NCBI GenBank assembly: GCA_002269645.1 | Contig: NIVC01001868.1 | Location: 1 to 64,000 of the forward strand | DNA from: Macrostomum lignano | Lineage: Eukaryota | Reading direction: 5' to 3' | Length of the DNA: 64,000 bases | Part shown: positions 12,601 through 24,451 of the stretch, piece after piece | How the letters are laid out: every line of letters starts with the position of its first letter | How positions within the stretch are numbered: position 1 is the stretch's first letter | Program-made: the position numbers and the translations under genes | The notes under the pieces: model-generated | Seen by the model: the letters and a program-made list of their open reading frames with translations, nothing else | The model's database searches: none | Told to the model about the DNA's origin: nothing

Positions 12601-15600
12601 CGACAAACTAGAAGCTTGACAAACTAGAACTCGACAAACTAGAAGCTTGACAAACTAGAAACCTCAAAAACTAGAAACTTGACAAACTAGAACTTGACAA
12701 ACTAGAAGCTTGACAAACTAGAAACTTGACAAACTAGAACTTGACAAACTAGAAGCTTGACAAACTATAAACTTGACAAACTAGAAGCTTGAGAAACTAG
12801 AAACTCAAAAACTAGAAACTTGACAAACTAGAACTTGACAAACTAGAAACCTCAAAAACTAGAAACTTGACAAACTAGAACTTGACAAACTAGAACTTGA
12901 CAAACTAGAAACCTCAAAAACTAGAAACTTGATAAACTAGAATTTGACAAACTAGAACTTGACAAACTAGAAACCTCAAAAACTTGAAACTTGACAAACT
13001 AGAACTTGACAAACTAGAACTTGACAAACTAGAACTTGACAAACTAGAACTTGACAAACTAGAACTTGACAAACTAGAAGCTTGACAAACTAGAACTCGA
13101 CAAACTAGAAGCTTGACAAACCAGAACGCGACAAACTAGAAGCTTGACAAACTAGAAACCTCACAAACTAGAAACTTGACAAACTAGAAACCTCAAAAAC
13201 TAGAAACTTGACAAACTAGAAACTTGACAAACTAGAACTTGAAAAACTAGAAACCTCACAAACTAGAAACTTGACAAACTAGAACTTGACAAACTAGAAG
13301 CTTGACAAACTAGAACTCGACAAACTAGAACTCGACAAACTAGAAGCTTGACAAACTAGAACTTGACAGACTAGAACTTGACAAACTAGAAGCTTGACAA
13401 ACTAGAACTCGACAAACTAGAAGCTTGACAAACTAGAACTCGACAAACTAGAAGCTTGACAAACTAGAAACCTCACAAACTAGAAACTTGACAAACTAGA
13501 AACCTCAAAAACTAGAAACTTGACAAACTAGAACTTGACACACTAGAACTTGACAAACTAGAAGCTTGACAAACTAGAACTCGACAAACTAGAAGCTTGA
13601 CAAACTAGAACTCGACAAACTAGAAGCTTGACAAACTAGAAACCTCACAAACTAGAAACTTGACAAACTAGAAACCTCAAAAACTAGAAACTTGACAAAC
13701 TAGAACTTGACAAACTAGAAGCTTGACAAACTAGAACTCGACAAACTAGAAGCTTGACAAACTAGAAACCTTACAAACTAGAAGCTTTACAAGACGCCAT
13801 TACAACAGTTAGTATAACTCGTATTCCAGATTGCCATATACGGTAGGAACTTCTGCTCGGCTGCCAGGGACTCGTTCTTTCTCATATTGCGCAATATTGT
13901 GCGCGTAGCCGTTGTGGACAAAGTGGCCGACTTTGTACTTTTCATTAGCAAACTGGTTATCGTTTGCACTATTGGTAAGACCTGCTACCATTGACTTTTT
14001 GTTAGTGAGTTTCTGACGTGTGTTAAATATGTGTTGCTTAATTAAGCGTTTATCTCCTGTGTGTCTTTTAAGCTTAAAGTATAATCTATCGATGCCCGAA
14101 TGGTGAGATCTAACACTAAACCAAGGACTCCAAGGAGATCCTGTGCTTTTATCTATGAATCGGATTGCATTCTCTAATCTGAGAGACTATGAGACTATGA
14201 GATCTCGCGCTCTAATCTAGGGGTAAAACTATGAGATCCTAGCCTCTAACCTAGGGGTGAAACTATGAGATCCCGTGCTCTAACCAAGGGATGAGACTAT
14301 GAGATCTCATGCTCTAACCAAGGGATGAGACTATGAGATCTCATGCTCTAACCAAGGGATGAGACTATGAGATCTCATGCTCTAACCAAGGGATGAGACT
14401 ATGAGATCTCATGCTCTAACCTAGGTATGAGACTGAGATCCAACGCTCTAACCAAGAGATGAGACTGAAATCTCATGCTCTAGCCTAGGGATGAGACTAT
14501 GAGATCCCAGATCCCATGCTTTATTCTAGGGGTGAGACTTTGAGATCCCAGATCCCAAGCTCTAATCTATAGGTGAGACTTTGAGAGATCCCAGATCCCA
14601 TACTCTAATCTATGGGTGAGACTATGAGATCCCAGATCCCATGCTTTATTCTAGGGGTGAGACTCTGAGATCCCATATCCCATGCTCTAGCCTAGGGATG
14701 AGACTATGAGATCCCAGATCCCATGCTTTATTCTAGGGGTGAGACTTTGAGATCCCAGATCCCAAGCTCTAATCTATAGGTGAGACTTTGAGAGATCCCA
14801 GATCCCATACTCTAATCTATGGGTGAGACTATGAGATCCCATATCCCGTGCTCTAATCTATGGGTGAGACTTTGAGATCCCAGATCCCAAGCTCTAATCT
14901 ATAGGTGAGACTTTGAGATCCCATATCCCATGCTCTAATCTATGGGTGAAACTTTGAGATCCCATATCCCATGCTTTAATCTATGGGTGAGACTTTGAGA
15001 TCCCATATCCCATGCTCTAGTCTATGGGTGAGACTATGAAATCCTAGATCCCATGCTCTAATCTAGGTGTGAGACTATGAGATCCCAGACCCTAATCTAG
15101 GGGTGAGACTATGAGATCATAGGCTCTATCCTGGGATTAGACTACGAGTTTCCTTGCTCTAACCAATAAGTGAGCTATGACTCATTTTCACTGTCTCTAA
15201 TCAAGAGCGTGACAGTGCATATGCAATGCCAATACAAAAAGAGCCACCAGAGTCGGCTCCTCTATGCTTTCAATCAGCCGCAATGCGAATCCCCGAACGC
15301 CTAAAATTCCTTTTCTGGCCCCGCCAGTCGCAATCTTCAATCTCTTCATGCACCCGCACGACGAGCCAATGACGAAGTCCGGAGCCGCTCACAGCTACTC
15401 TGTGCCTATCGTAAGACCTGCATTGAAATTAATGGCTACTTGGATGCACTTTTTTCTACCGCTATGTGTGTGTGTATTTGCACTTGCCCCATTTGCTAGG
15501 CTTAGCTTTCCTGCATCTGTGTGGGCGTGTGCGCGGGTCTGCAGAGCTGTAGCTTATTTCATGTCGTGTGCCAGCTAGAAAATCCATGTTCGATTTTCCT

Positions 15601-18600
15601 CTCTGCTGACTTTTTTTACTAACACCTAGCGTAGAATTTCTCTTCACCCACTGCATGTTTTAAAGCTCTCCTAGCAGGTTATCGGGGCTGTAATGGGATT
15701 CTGTTTGCTCGAGCAATGCATGCGGCGGTATGTTGGACTTGGTGGATCAATATGCGCACACGTTTATTATGATTGCTAAGCATTATTGTCTCTATTACTA
15801 ATATACATTTTGTGCCACCTTTGTGTTTATTTATTTTTCGTTTGCTAGTCATGTGCTTCTTTTTGTTGGAGTGCGCAATACAGTGCATTATCAAAGCATT
15901 TATACTTTTTTACTTCTATATTATCTACTAGAAATTCAAGCGGCTTAAAAAATGTATATATATAGTGTTTTTGCATAGCAACTCCGTGTTGTTGTCAATC
16001 AGCCTTAGTTTATTTCTTGGATAGACAATATTTGAGCCGCCACCCTCCCCCAGATCCCCAGGCTGGGGCGCCACCATCTTCCCAGATCCCCAGGCTGGGG
16101 CGCCACCATCTTCCCAGATCCCCAGGCTAGGGCGCCACCCTCTCTCCAGCTCCCCAGGCTGGGGCGCCACCCTCTCCCAAGATCCCCAGGCTGGGGCGCC
16201 ACCCTCTCTCCAGATCCCCAGGCTAGGGCGCCACCCTCTCCCCAGCTCCCCAGGCTGGGGCGCCACCATCTTCCCAGATACCAAGGCTGGGGCGCCACCA
16301 TCTTCCCAGATCCCCAGGCTAGGGCGCCACCCTCTCTCCAGCTCCCCAGGCTGGGGCGCCACCCTCTCCCAAGATCCCCAGGCTGGGGCGCCACCCTCTC
16401 TCCAGATCCCCAGGCTAGGGCGCCACCCTCTCCCCAGCTCCCCAGGCTGGGGCGCCACCATCTTCCCAGATACCAAGGCTGGGGCGCCACCATCTTCCCA
16501 GATCCCCAGGCTAGGGCGCCACCCTCTCTCCAGCTCCCCAGGCTGGGGCGCCACCCTCTCCCAAGATCCCCAGGCTGGGGCGCCACCCTCTCTCCAGATC
16601 CCCAGGCTAGGGCGCCACCCTCTCGCCAGCTCCCCAGGCTGGGGCGCCACCATCTCCCCGGATCCTCAGGCTGGGGCGCGCCACCATCTTCCCGGATCCT
16701 CAGGCTGGGGCGCGCCACCATCTCCCCAGATCCCCAGGCTGGGGCGCCACCCCCTCCCCATATCCCCAGGCCGGGGCGCCACCGTCTCCCCAGATCCCCA
16801 GGCTTAGGCTGTGACCAGTACCTACCGTACTAAACAAAGTGTATTTAGTTAACTATTATGTAAAAAGCTGCTCAGGTGAATGAGACTTCTAAAAGCACCG
16901 CTGTGGCACCACCCGTCCCCAATATAGGAGTGCTATTCTTCTTCACATTTGATGGCACAATCGGCAACAGGCTCGCCTTTATTGACAGTCTGACGCCGAA
17001 AGATCTTAATTATAATCTTGTACCTCTGCTTGTAAGTTTATTAAGATTTGGCTACTAACTCACTAATATTTATACGGCGACTGACGTTTTTGTCGAGTTT
17101 AGTAGCTCGGTTGATTTTAACACAGTTAAAAAATTTTTTGCTATCAGTTTTAATCAAAGAAAAATGAATCAGCTTGTTTGAAGTGAATTCTAAATTACTA
17201 CAGCAGTTTGTTGATTTTTTTAATTTGGTTTTAAAAACAATTTTTTTGCTTTGAAAACTAGGTTTTAAATTTTTATTGAACAGAAACAATCACTGAAGTA
17301 CTTTTTCAAACAATTTAAAAAAACTAAAATATATGGCTTGACCTGATATTTTTGCAGCGTTATCTTAGCCTAACAATGCCTAACTATTATAACAGTCAAC
17401 TCTAAAAATGCCTTTGACTGTCGTCACGTGGCGTAGGATATTCTGCAATATGCCCTGAGTTGCTGTAGCCTACCGCACTCTGATATGCCAGCGGCCCAGG
17501 CTCGATTCCAAGTGCAGTCACATTAATTTGGGGCTAAATTGGAATCTCGGTTTGGCTCTGCTCGTGCAATTACGAGCGTAACGCCCTTGAAGGCCAACCC
17601 CCAAGGCACAGTGAAGTGTACATGCCTAACGATAAATAAAGTTAGGGCCGCTGTATACTTCTGTGTGAGTGCCTGTGCGTATGACTGCGTACGTATCCGC
17701 GCGCTTGTGTGCCTGCTCAGGGGAGTCGGCGGAATGGGCAGTAATGCCTCTCCCCGGTTTTGTGACAATGTCGCTTTAAGTGGGCCAGGGTGCACACAAC
17801 CCCCCTGCCTCTAATGAAAACATACCTTGAGCCCACCTGATGCAGCCGCCATGCATCCACCTGACATACCTTGAGCCCACCTGGCGCAGCCGCCATGCAT
17901 CCACCTGACATACTCGTACCTTGAGCCCACTTGGTGCAGCCGCCATGCATTTACCTGACATACCTTGAGCCCACCTGGCGCAGCCGCCATGCATCCACCT
18001 GACATACCTTGAGCCCACCTGGCGCAGCCGCCATGCATCCACCTGACATACCTTGAGCCCACCTGGTGCAGCCGCCATGCATCCACCTGACATACTCGTA
18101 CCTTGAGCCCACTTGGCGCAGCCGCCATGCATCCACCTGACATACCTTGAGCCCACCTGGCGCAGCCGCCATGCATCCACCTGACATACCTTGAGCCCAC
18201 CTGGTGCAGCCGCCATGCATCCACCTGACATACCTTGAGCCCACCTGGCGCAGCCGCCATGCATTTACCTGACATACCTTGAGCCCACCTGGTGCAGCCG
18301 CCATGCATCCACCTGACATACCTTGAGCCCACCTGGCGCAGCCGCCATGCATCCACCTGACATACCTTGAGCCCACCTGGTGCAGCCGCCATGCATCCAC
18401 CTGACATACCTTGAGCCCACCTGGCGCAGCCGCCATGCATCCACATCGTATTGAAGTTCATATGAAATCGAACAGCCTCTACTGAGAGCCTTTGTCATCC
18501 GTCCGATGAGACTGCAGAGTGAGATCCCAATAGTTTAATTTCCATCTTTCCTGTACTTTTACCTTCTAATTAGCATGCACAAGGTACTTTGGTTACATTG

Positions 18601-20231
18601 TGCAGTGGAGGTTCTGCTCTTATGCGCAGTAGGGCTTCGGGACAAGAATTGAATACCATCTTGTCTGTCCTTAGTTGACTGACAAATGCAAAACAGTTAT
18701 ATGCAATGTAGCGTAGTGCATAGATGCTACTGCAGTTTTGCTAGTTGCGCCGCATATTTATTAGTCCAATCAATTGCTTTTCCATTTTATACCATTAATT
18801 TTTATTGTTCTTAATATCAAACTAATCCATTGCAATCGCCTCGCATTTGAGAGTAATTTTGGAATTGTACTAGTGTACGAGTACTTTCTCAATCTATTGT
18901 TATAGTGCAAAAGTATCTGAACACGAGCGTATAAATAAGAAACTTACCTATACTTCCACACTTGCTAAACTTGACAGCTGATAATGGTGTTCACCTACTT
19001 CTGCGCCTGCCTGTTCTTGTCCGTCTACAATATGGGCGTTGACACCATGTTCCTGTGCTTCCGTGAGTGCTTTTACACATGCTATGTTATTAGATTTTTA
19101 GTATTTATAATAATATGCTACACTAATAGTTGGTGAAGTAGCACAAGTACCCACTTCCGGTCCTCTGATTGAACCACCACCCTACCCACTTCCAGTCCTC
19201 TGATTGGACCACCACCCTACCCACTTCCGGTCCTATGATTTAACCACCACCCTACCCACTTCCGGTCCTCTAATTAGACCACCACCCTACCCACTTCCGG
19301 TCCTCTGATTAGACCACTACCCTACCCACTTCCAGTCCTCTGATTAGACCACTACCCTACCCACTTCCAGTCCTCTGATTAGACCACTACCCTACCCACT
19401 TCCAGTCCTCTGATTAGACCACCACCCTACCCACTTCCAGTCCTCTGATTAGACCACCACCCTACCCACTTCCAGTCCTCTGATTAGACCACCACCCTAC
19501 CCACTTCCAGTCCTCTGATTAGACCACCACCCCACCCACTTCCAGTCCTCTGATTAGACCACCACCCTACCCACTTCCAGTCCTCTGATTAGACCACCAC
19601 CCTACCCACTTCCAGTCCTCTGATTAGACCACCACCCTACCCACTTCCAGTCCTCTGATTAGACCACCACCCTACCCACTTCCGATCCTCTGGTTGGACC
19701 ACCACCCTACCCACTTCCTTAAGGGCCAACCCCAAAGACCGTGAAATAAGTGTACATGCCTAACGATAAATAAAGTTTGGGCCGCTGTACACTCCTGTGT
19801 TAAGCGTGTGCCTGCGCGTCTGTCTGCGCACGTATCCGCGGAACGGTGAGTCGGCAGAATGGGCAGTAATGCCTCTCGCCGGTTGTGTGACAATGTCGCT
19901 TAAAGTGCGCCCCTGCCCCCTGCTTCTAATAAAAAAGGTTGAAGCACTACCCTAGCCAAATTCGGTCCTCTGGTTAGACAATCAGCCTACCTACTTCCGG
20001 TCGTCAGGGTTTAACTGCCAAGTTCAGTTCCGCTTCTCAGACTGTAACGCAATCTCTCCCGCATATTAAATTTTGTACTTTTCTATCGCAGTGGAGGATC
20101 TGGAACGCAATGACGGATCGGCCGAGAAGCCCTACTTCATGCCGGAGTCGCTGATGGGCATCCTGGGCAAGAAAAACGACCCGCTTCTAGTTAAACAGGA
20201 CGAGAAGGACGTTGCTGAGGCCGCTGTATGA
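6636..20231 (+). CDS. SLC44A2: Choline transporter-like protein (SLC44A2/4/5 clade), 12 exons, 753 aa
   Basis: Exons 6636-6678, 6756-6878, 7413-7488, 9030-9522, 10134-10757, 11589-11641, 11736-11912, 12343-12541, 13830-13974, 16928-17031, 18978-19062, 20092-20231 (2262 nt, all GT-AG, phases consistent). Family motifs: [103 protein letters not shown]. The symbol denotes the clade, not strict orthology. Confidence 0.95.
6940..7380. repeat. 29-bp minisatellite in CTL intron 2
   Basis: Unit ggactttattgggtcagtagcatccagga and variants. Confidence 0.95.
7997..8996. repeat. 23-bp minisatellite in CTL intron 3
   Basis: Unit catgctgaatgtacagcagtc(t/c)a; ends about 30 nt before the acceptor at 9029. 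Confidence 0.95.
9568..10123. repeat. 30-bp minisatellite filling CTL intron 4
   Basis: Unit ccacaccgccatctccctgccagtccccag, with 29-bp variants at the 3' end; runs into the acceptor at 10133. Confidence 0.95.
10925..11490. repeat. 19-bp minisatellite in CTL intron 5
   Basis: Unit gcatagcaatgtacagctg. Confidence 0.95.
12001..12203. repeat. 22-bp minisatellite in CTL intron 7
   Basis: Unit ccccataggtgcttcagtgata. Confidence 0.95.
12571..13787. repeat. 15-16 bp minisatellite filling CTL intron 8
   Basis: Interspersed variants gacaaactagaactt, gacaaactagaagctt and aaaaactagaaacctc. Confidence 0.95.
14140..15175. repeat. Variable 30-40 bp minisatellite in CTL intron 9 (first array)
   Basis: Recurrent gagactatgagatccca(g/t)atcccatgctctaatcta(g/t)gggt motif. 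Confidence 0.85.
16040..16801. repeat. About 32-bp minisatellite with 192-bp higher-order repeat in CTL intron 9 (second array)
   Basis: Unit ccccaggctggggcgccaccctctcccaagat. Diagnostic variants recur at 192-bp spacing (ctag at 16127, 16319, 16511; gataccaagg at 16278, 16470). Confidence 0.93.
17587..17817 (+). mobile_element. Dispersed about 230-bp interspersed repeat, copy A
   Basis: Similar to 19719-19936 (gtgtacatgcctaacgataaataaagtt...gaatgggcagtaatgcctct...gacaatgtcgct). A short fragment also occurs near 58578-58612. Class unresolved. Confidence 0.75.
17818..18445. repeat. 44-bp minisatellite in CTL intron 10
   Basis: Unit catccacctgacataccttgagcccacctggcgcagccgccatg. Confidence 0.95.
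19148..19716. repeat. 35-bp minisatellite in CTL intron 11
   Basis: Unit ccaccaccctacccacttccagtcctctgattaga. Confidence 0.95.
19719..19936 (+). mobile_element. Dispersed about 220-bp interspersed repeat, copy B
   Basis: Homologous to 17587-17817; ends in ctaataaaaaa. Degenerate 35-bp units resume after it (about 19940-20000). Confidence 0.75.
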
Positions 20232-20896
20232 GCCGTGAGAGGCCTGCAGCCACTGCAGTCTGCTGTGTGCTGCTGTTTTATTAATAACATTTTTTCTTCT
20301 CCTAACGCAAAACAGTCTGTACTCAGTGAGTTGAGGTTGGCTGGTGCAGGTAAAGATTACTAAGCAGGTTCAATCAAGTCCTAATCTAATTTACCACATT
20401 CTCTCCTGCTTCTTGATGAAGCCATTGTTTTGCTGGGCCAATTTGGTTAACAAAAGGTAGGCTGTTGTGTGCAGAGTCCCTGCTTTGACTGGCCAAATCC
20501 TGCTTGGGGAACAGATTCTCTGCCGCGAGTTTAAGTGCAGAATTAAGCTAGCAGGAGTTTTATGACTTAACAGTTGGCGAAAGCTTTTTTGCAGCGGCCT
20601 GCTTCTCTGCTGGTGCAATTTCTAGCTTGTTCTTTATTACCTTGTCTGCTTCTTTTCTTGGCCCTCCGTTTATAACGCCGATTTATTCTTACTCAAATTT
20701 AAGCTTTGCTGTATTAAAATGATTGTTTATTAAGTATTAACACAACAATCAAATGCGACTTTTCTGTTTATTATTGTACTAAACTCAGCTTTTCTAAAGT
20801 TCCCGTTTTTATCTTCTGTAGAAGTATGTTTTTTAGTTGATTAAACAACTTTTTCTGTCATCATCTAAAGTGCGAGGTGCTGCTAAAAACTGGTGA

Positions 20897-22225
20897 AGGG
20901 TGTTGCAGCTGAGCCTGAAATTGGGGCTGAAGGGTGTTGCAGCTGAGCCTGAAATTGAGGCTGAAGGGTGTTGCAGCTGAGCCTGAAATTGTGGCTGAAG
21001 GGTGTTGCAGCTGAGCCTGAAATTGGGGGTGAAGGGTGTTGCAGCTGAGCCTGAAATTGTGGCTGAAGGGTGTTGCAGCTGAGCCTGAAATTGGGGGTGA
21101 AGGGTGTTGCAGCTGAGCCTGAAATTGGAGCTGAAGGGTGTTGCAGCTGAGCCTGAAATTGGAGCTGAAGGGTGTTGCAGCTGAGCCTGAAATTGAGGCT
21201 GAACGGTGTTGCAGCTGAGTCTGAAATTGGAACTGAAGGGTGTTGCAGCTGAGTCTGAAATTGGAACTGAAGGACGTTGCAGCTGATACAAAGGGGGTGA
21301 AGGCTGTTGCAGCTGATACAAAGGGGGTGAAGGGCGTTGCAGCTGATACAAAGGGGGTGAAGGCTGCTGCAGCTGATACAAAGGGGGTGAAGGCTGCTGC
21401 AGCTGATACAAAGGGGGTGAAGGCTGCTGCAGCTGATACAAAGGGGGTGAAGGGCGTTGCAGCTGATACAAAGGGGGTGAAGGGCGTTGCAGCTGATACA
21501 AAGGGGGTGAAGGGCGTTGCAGCTGATACAAAGGGGGTGAAGGCTGCTGCAGCTGATACAAAGGGGGTGAAGGCTGCTGCAGCTGATACAAAGGGGGTGA
21601 AGGCTGCTGCAGCTGATACAAAGGGGGTGAAGGGCGTTGCAGCTGATACAAAGGGGGTGAAGGGCGTTGCAGCTGATACAAAGGGGGTGAAGGGCGTTGC
21701 AGCTGATACAAAGGGGTGAAGGGTGTTGCAGCTGATATAAAGCGGGTGAAGGGTGTTGCAGCTGATATAAAGGGGGTGAAGGGTGTTGCAGCTGATATAA
21801 AGGGGGTGAAGGGTGTTGCAGCTGATACAAAGGGGTGAAGGGTGTTGCAGCTGATACAAAGGGGTGAAGGGTGTTGCAGCTGATACAAAGGGGTGAAGGG
21901 TGTTGCAGCTGATACAAAGGGGTGAAGGGTGTTGCAGCTGATACAAAGGGGGTGAAGGGTGCTGCAGCTGATATAAAGGGGTGAAGGGTGTTGCAGCTGA
22001 TACAAAGGGGTGAAGGGTGTTGCAGCTGATACAAAGGGGTGAAGGGTGTTGCAGCTGATACAAAGGGGTGAAGGGTGTTGCAGCTGATACAAAGGGGTGA
22101 AGGGTGTTGCAGCTGATACAAAGGGGGTGAAGGGTGTTGCAGCTGATACAAAGGGGTGAAGGGTGTTGCAGCTGATACAAAGGGGTGAAGGGTGTTGCAG
22201 CTGATACAAAGGGGGTGAAGGGTGC
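20897..22225. repeat. Two-phase minisatellite: 33-bp unit changing to 30/29-bp unit
   Basis: gggtgttgcagctgagcctgaaattggggctgaa to about 21270, then gggtgttgcagctgatacaaagggg(g)tgaa. Confidence 0.95.
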
Positions 22226-23239
22226 TAAAAGAATGGGCGATGCGTCTAACTCAGCCAGAACTTCGTGGATGGAAAACGCGTAGGTGTTCAATATGCGATA
22301 GCGGGATTCACACAGTATCAATATGGCAATATATGGATACTGCTTTGCTAGGTCAGCAACCCCACAGCCATTTCTTGGTCTAAATGTATTTTTCCCGCTT
22401 GACTGCGTCACCATCCGCTATCTGACGAGTGTAAATTGCTTCTCTGCTGTCGTGGCATGGCATGCAGTTATTATGCTAATAATACAATTTACTAAGAAAT
22501 GTGCTATCTAAATCGTTACAATATTCATTGTAAAGCTCAATTTCTCATCTTATATTGTATATATAGTTCTTATCCTGCCTGATTACGCCAAGATTTTTAT
22601 TCAACTTTTATTCCCAATGTTTATATAGTTTATATTTGTCTGTCCGACTGAAGCAACCCCCGGGCCCATTGAGATTAGAGCCATACATGTATTTCTATTT
22701 CACTCAGAGGTTTCTTCTAACGCGTGCTTTGTTTAATAAGAAAACCTTTTTTTCTAAGACTTCGAAATAAAAACCTGCTTGCCTTTTTGCTTTATTTTAC
22801 ACGATGGCTGTTAAGTGTCAGCTGGTGCCATATGCTATTCGTTATAGCTAAAATTATGATTGGAAAAACATTTTATTCGTTTTTTTGCGCGCGGTTTTTT
22901 TCGTTGCTGATTAGAACAACAATCGTTGATATGTTTATTGTTGTATTGGCTAATATAAATTCGGTTATACGAGTATATGCACTAATATAGCTTTTTATTA
23001 TCTGAATAGTGCATTATTTATTATTATTATTATATACATGTAAGCATCGGAATATACTGCTTCGCTCGCCAATTATAAATTGTTTTAAGTAAACTGAATT
23101 CATTTATTTTGTTTTTGTTTTTTTAATTATTCGTATCTCTGGGGTTTTTACTAATGTTTTCATAATTCAAGTGCCAGTCTTTATCTCCAGACCAATCGCT
23201 TGATAAAGTCTTTTTAAAGTAACCGAGACCTCCGTTGTA

Positions 23240-23790
23240 CTTTAATCAGCCAGTCCCAGGTATCATTACTTCCGATGTACTTTAAACTCCCAGTCCCAGG
23301 TATCCCCACCTCTGATGTACTTTAAACTCCCAGTCCCAGGTATCATTACCTCCGATGTTTAAACTCCCAGTCCCAGGTATCATTACTTCCGATGCTTAAA
23401 CTCCCAGTCCCAGGTATCATTCATTACCTCCGATGCTTAAACTCCCAGTCCTAGGTATCCCCACCTCCGATGTACTTTAAACTCCCAGTCCTAGGTATCC
23501 CCACCTCCGATGTACTTTAAACTCCCGGTCCCAGGTGTCATTACCTCCGATGTACTTTAAACTCTCAGGACGGTAATTATTTCCCCAGATGTATCTTAAA
23601 CTCCCAGTCCCAGGTATCATTACCTCCGATATACTTTAAACTCCCAGTCCCCGGGTATCATTACCTCCGATATATTTTAAACTCCCAGTCCCCAGGTGTC
23701 ATTACCTCCGATGTACTTTAAACTTTAAATCTCAAGACGGTAATAATTTCCCCATATGTATCTTAAACTCCCGGTCCCAGATACCATCAC
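23240..23790. repeat. About 41-bp degenerate minisatellite
   Basis: Unit aaactcccagtcccaggtatcattacctccgatgtacttt with indels. Confidence 0.85.
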
Positions 23791-24129
23791 CAATGTACTT
23801 TAAAAGACAGATACGCGTCCCTCAGTCAGGTACAGCTCGTGCTCTAGGCTCTCTAGTGTCAGTATCTGCGCTAGCAGCAGTTAATAATTGCGATACAAAG
23901 GACTAAATTTAAATTAAATTATAGTGGCCTGATGTGCGCACAATGCGCCTACACTATTATATATCCTTGTCTGGTATTCTGATACTTCTATAATTGGTCT
24001 ATTATATTCTTCTGTTCTTGCGCCTGTCATGCTACACTGGCATTTCATTTGTTCCTTATCGCCATTGCATTCTTCCCAGGTTCCTACTCTGGTCTGCCGT
24101 TCTTTTTTGCCCTCTTGCTTTCATCTTAT

Positions 24130-24405
24130 CTCCCTGTTCTCCTTTCTTCCTGCTCTTGTCCACTCTCTCCTCTCTTCTCCGCCGTCTCCTCGCTCTCCCC
24201 TGCCCCCCTCTACTCGCTCTCCGCCCTCTCCCCTCTCTCGTCTGCCCCCTCTCCGCCCTTCTTCCCTCTCTCGTCCGCTCTCTCTCCGCCCTCTCCCTTC
24301 TCTCATCCGCCCTCTATCCGCTCTCTCCCCTCTCGTCCGCCCTCACCCCACCCTCCGCTCTCCCCTGCCCCTTCTCTTCGCTCTTCACCCTCTCACCGCT
24401 CTCCC
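24130..24405. repeat. CT-rich low-complexity tract
   Basis: Near-pure pyrimidine strand (ctctc/ccgccct motifs). Confidence 0.8.
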
Positions 24406-24451
24406 ATTAACTAAAATAAAAGTGCATATAAAGATGCTACATAGCGTAAAT

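Noticed and set aside
20833-22414. Long ORFs of 422-517 aa on the minus strand
   Set aside because: They lie wholly in a minisatellite and are open in several frames because the unit lacks stops; no domain, splice context or codon signal. The same applies to ORFs at 8126-8635, 10856-11569, 15928-16721, 17717-18498, 27908-28475 and 59579-60345.
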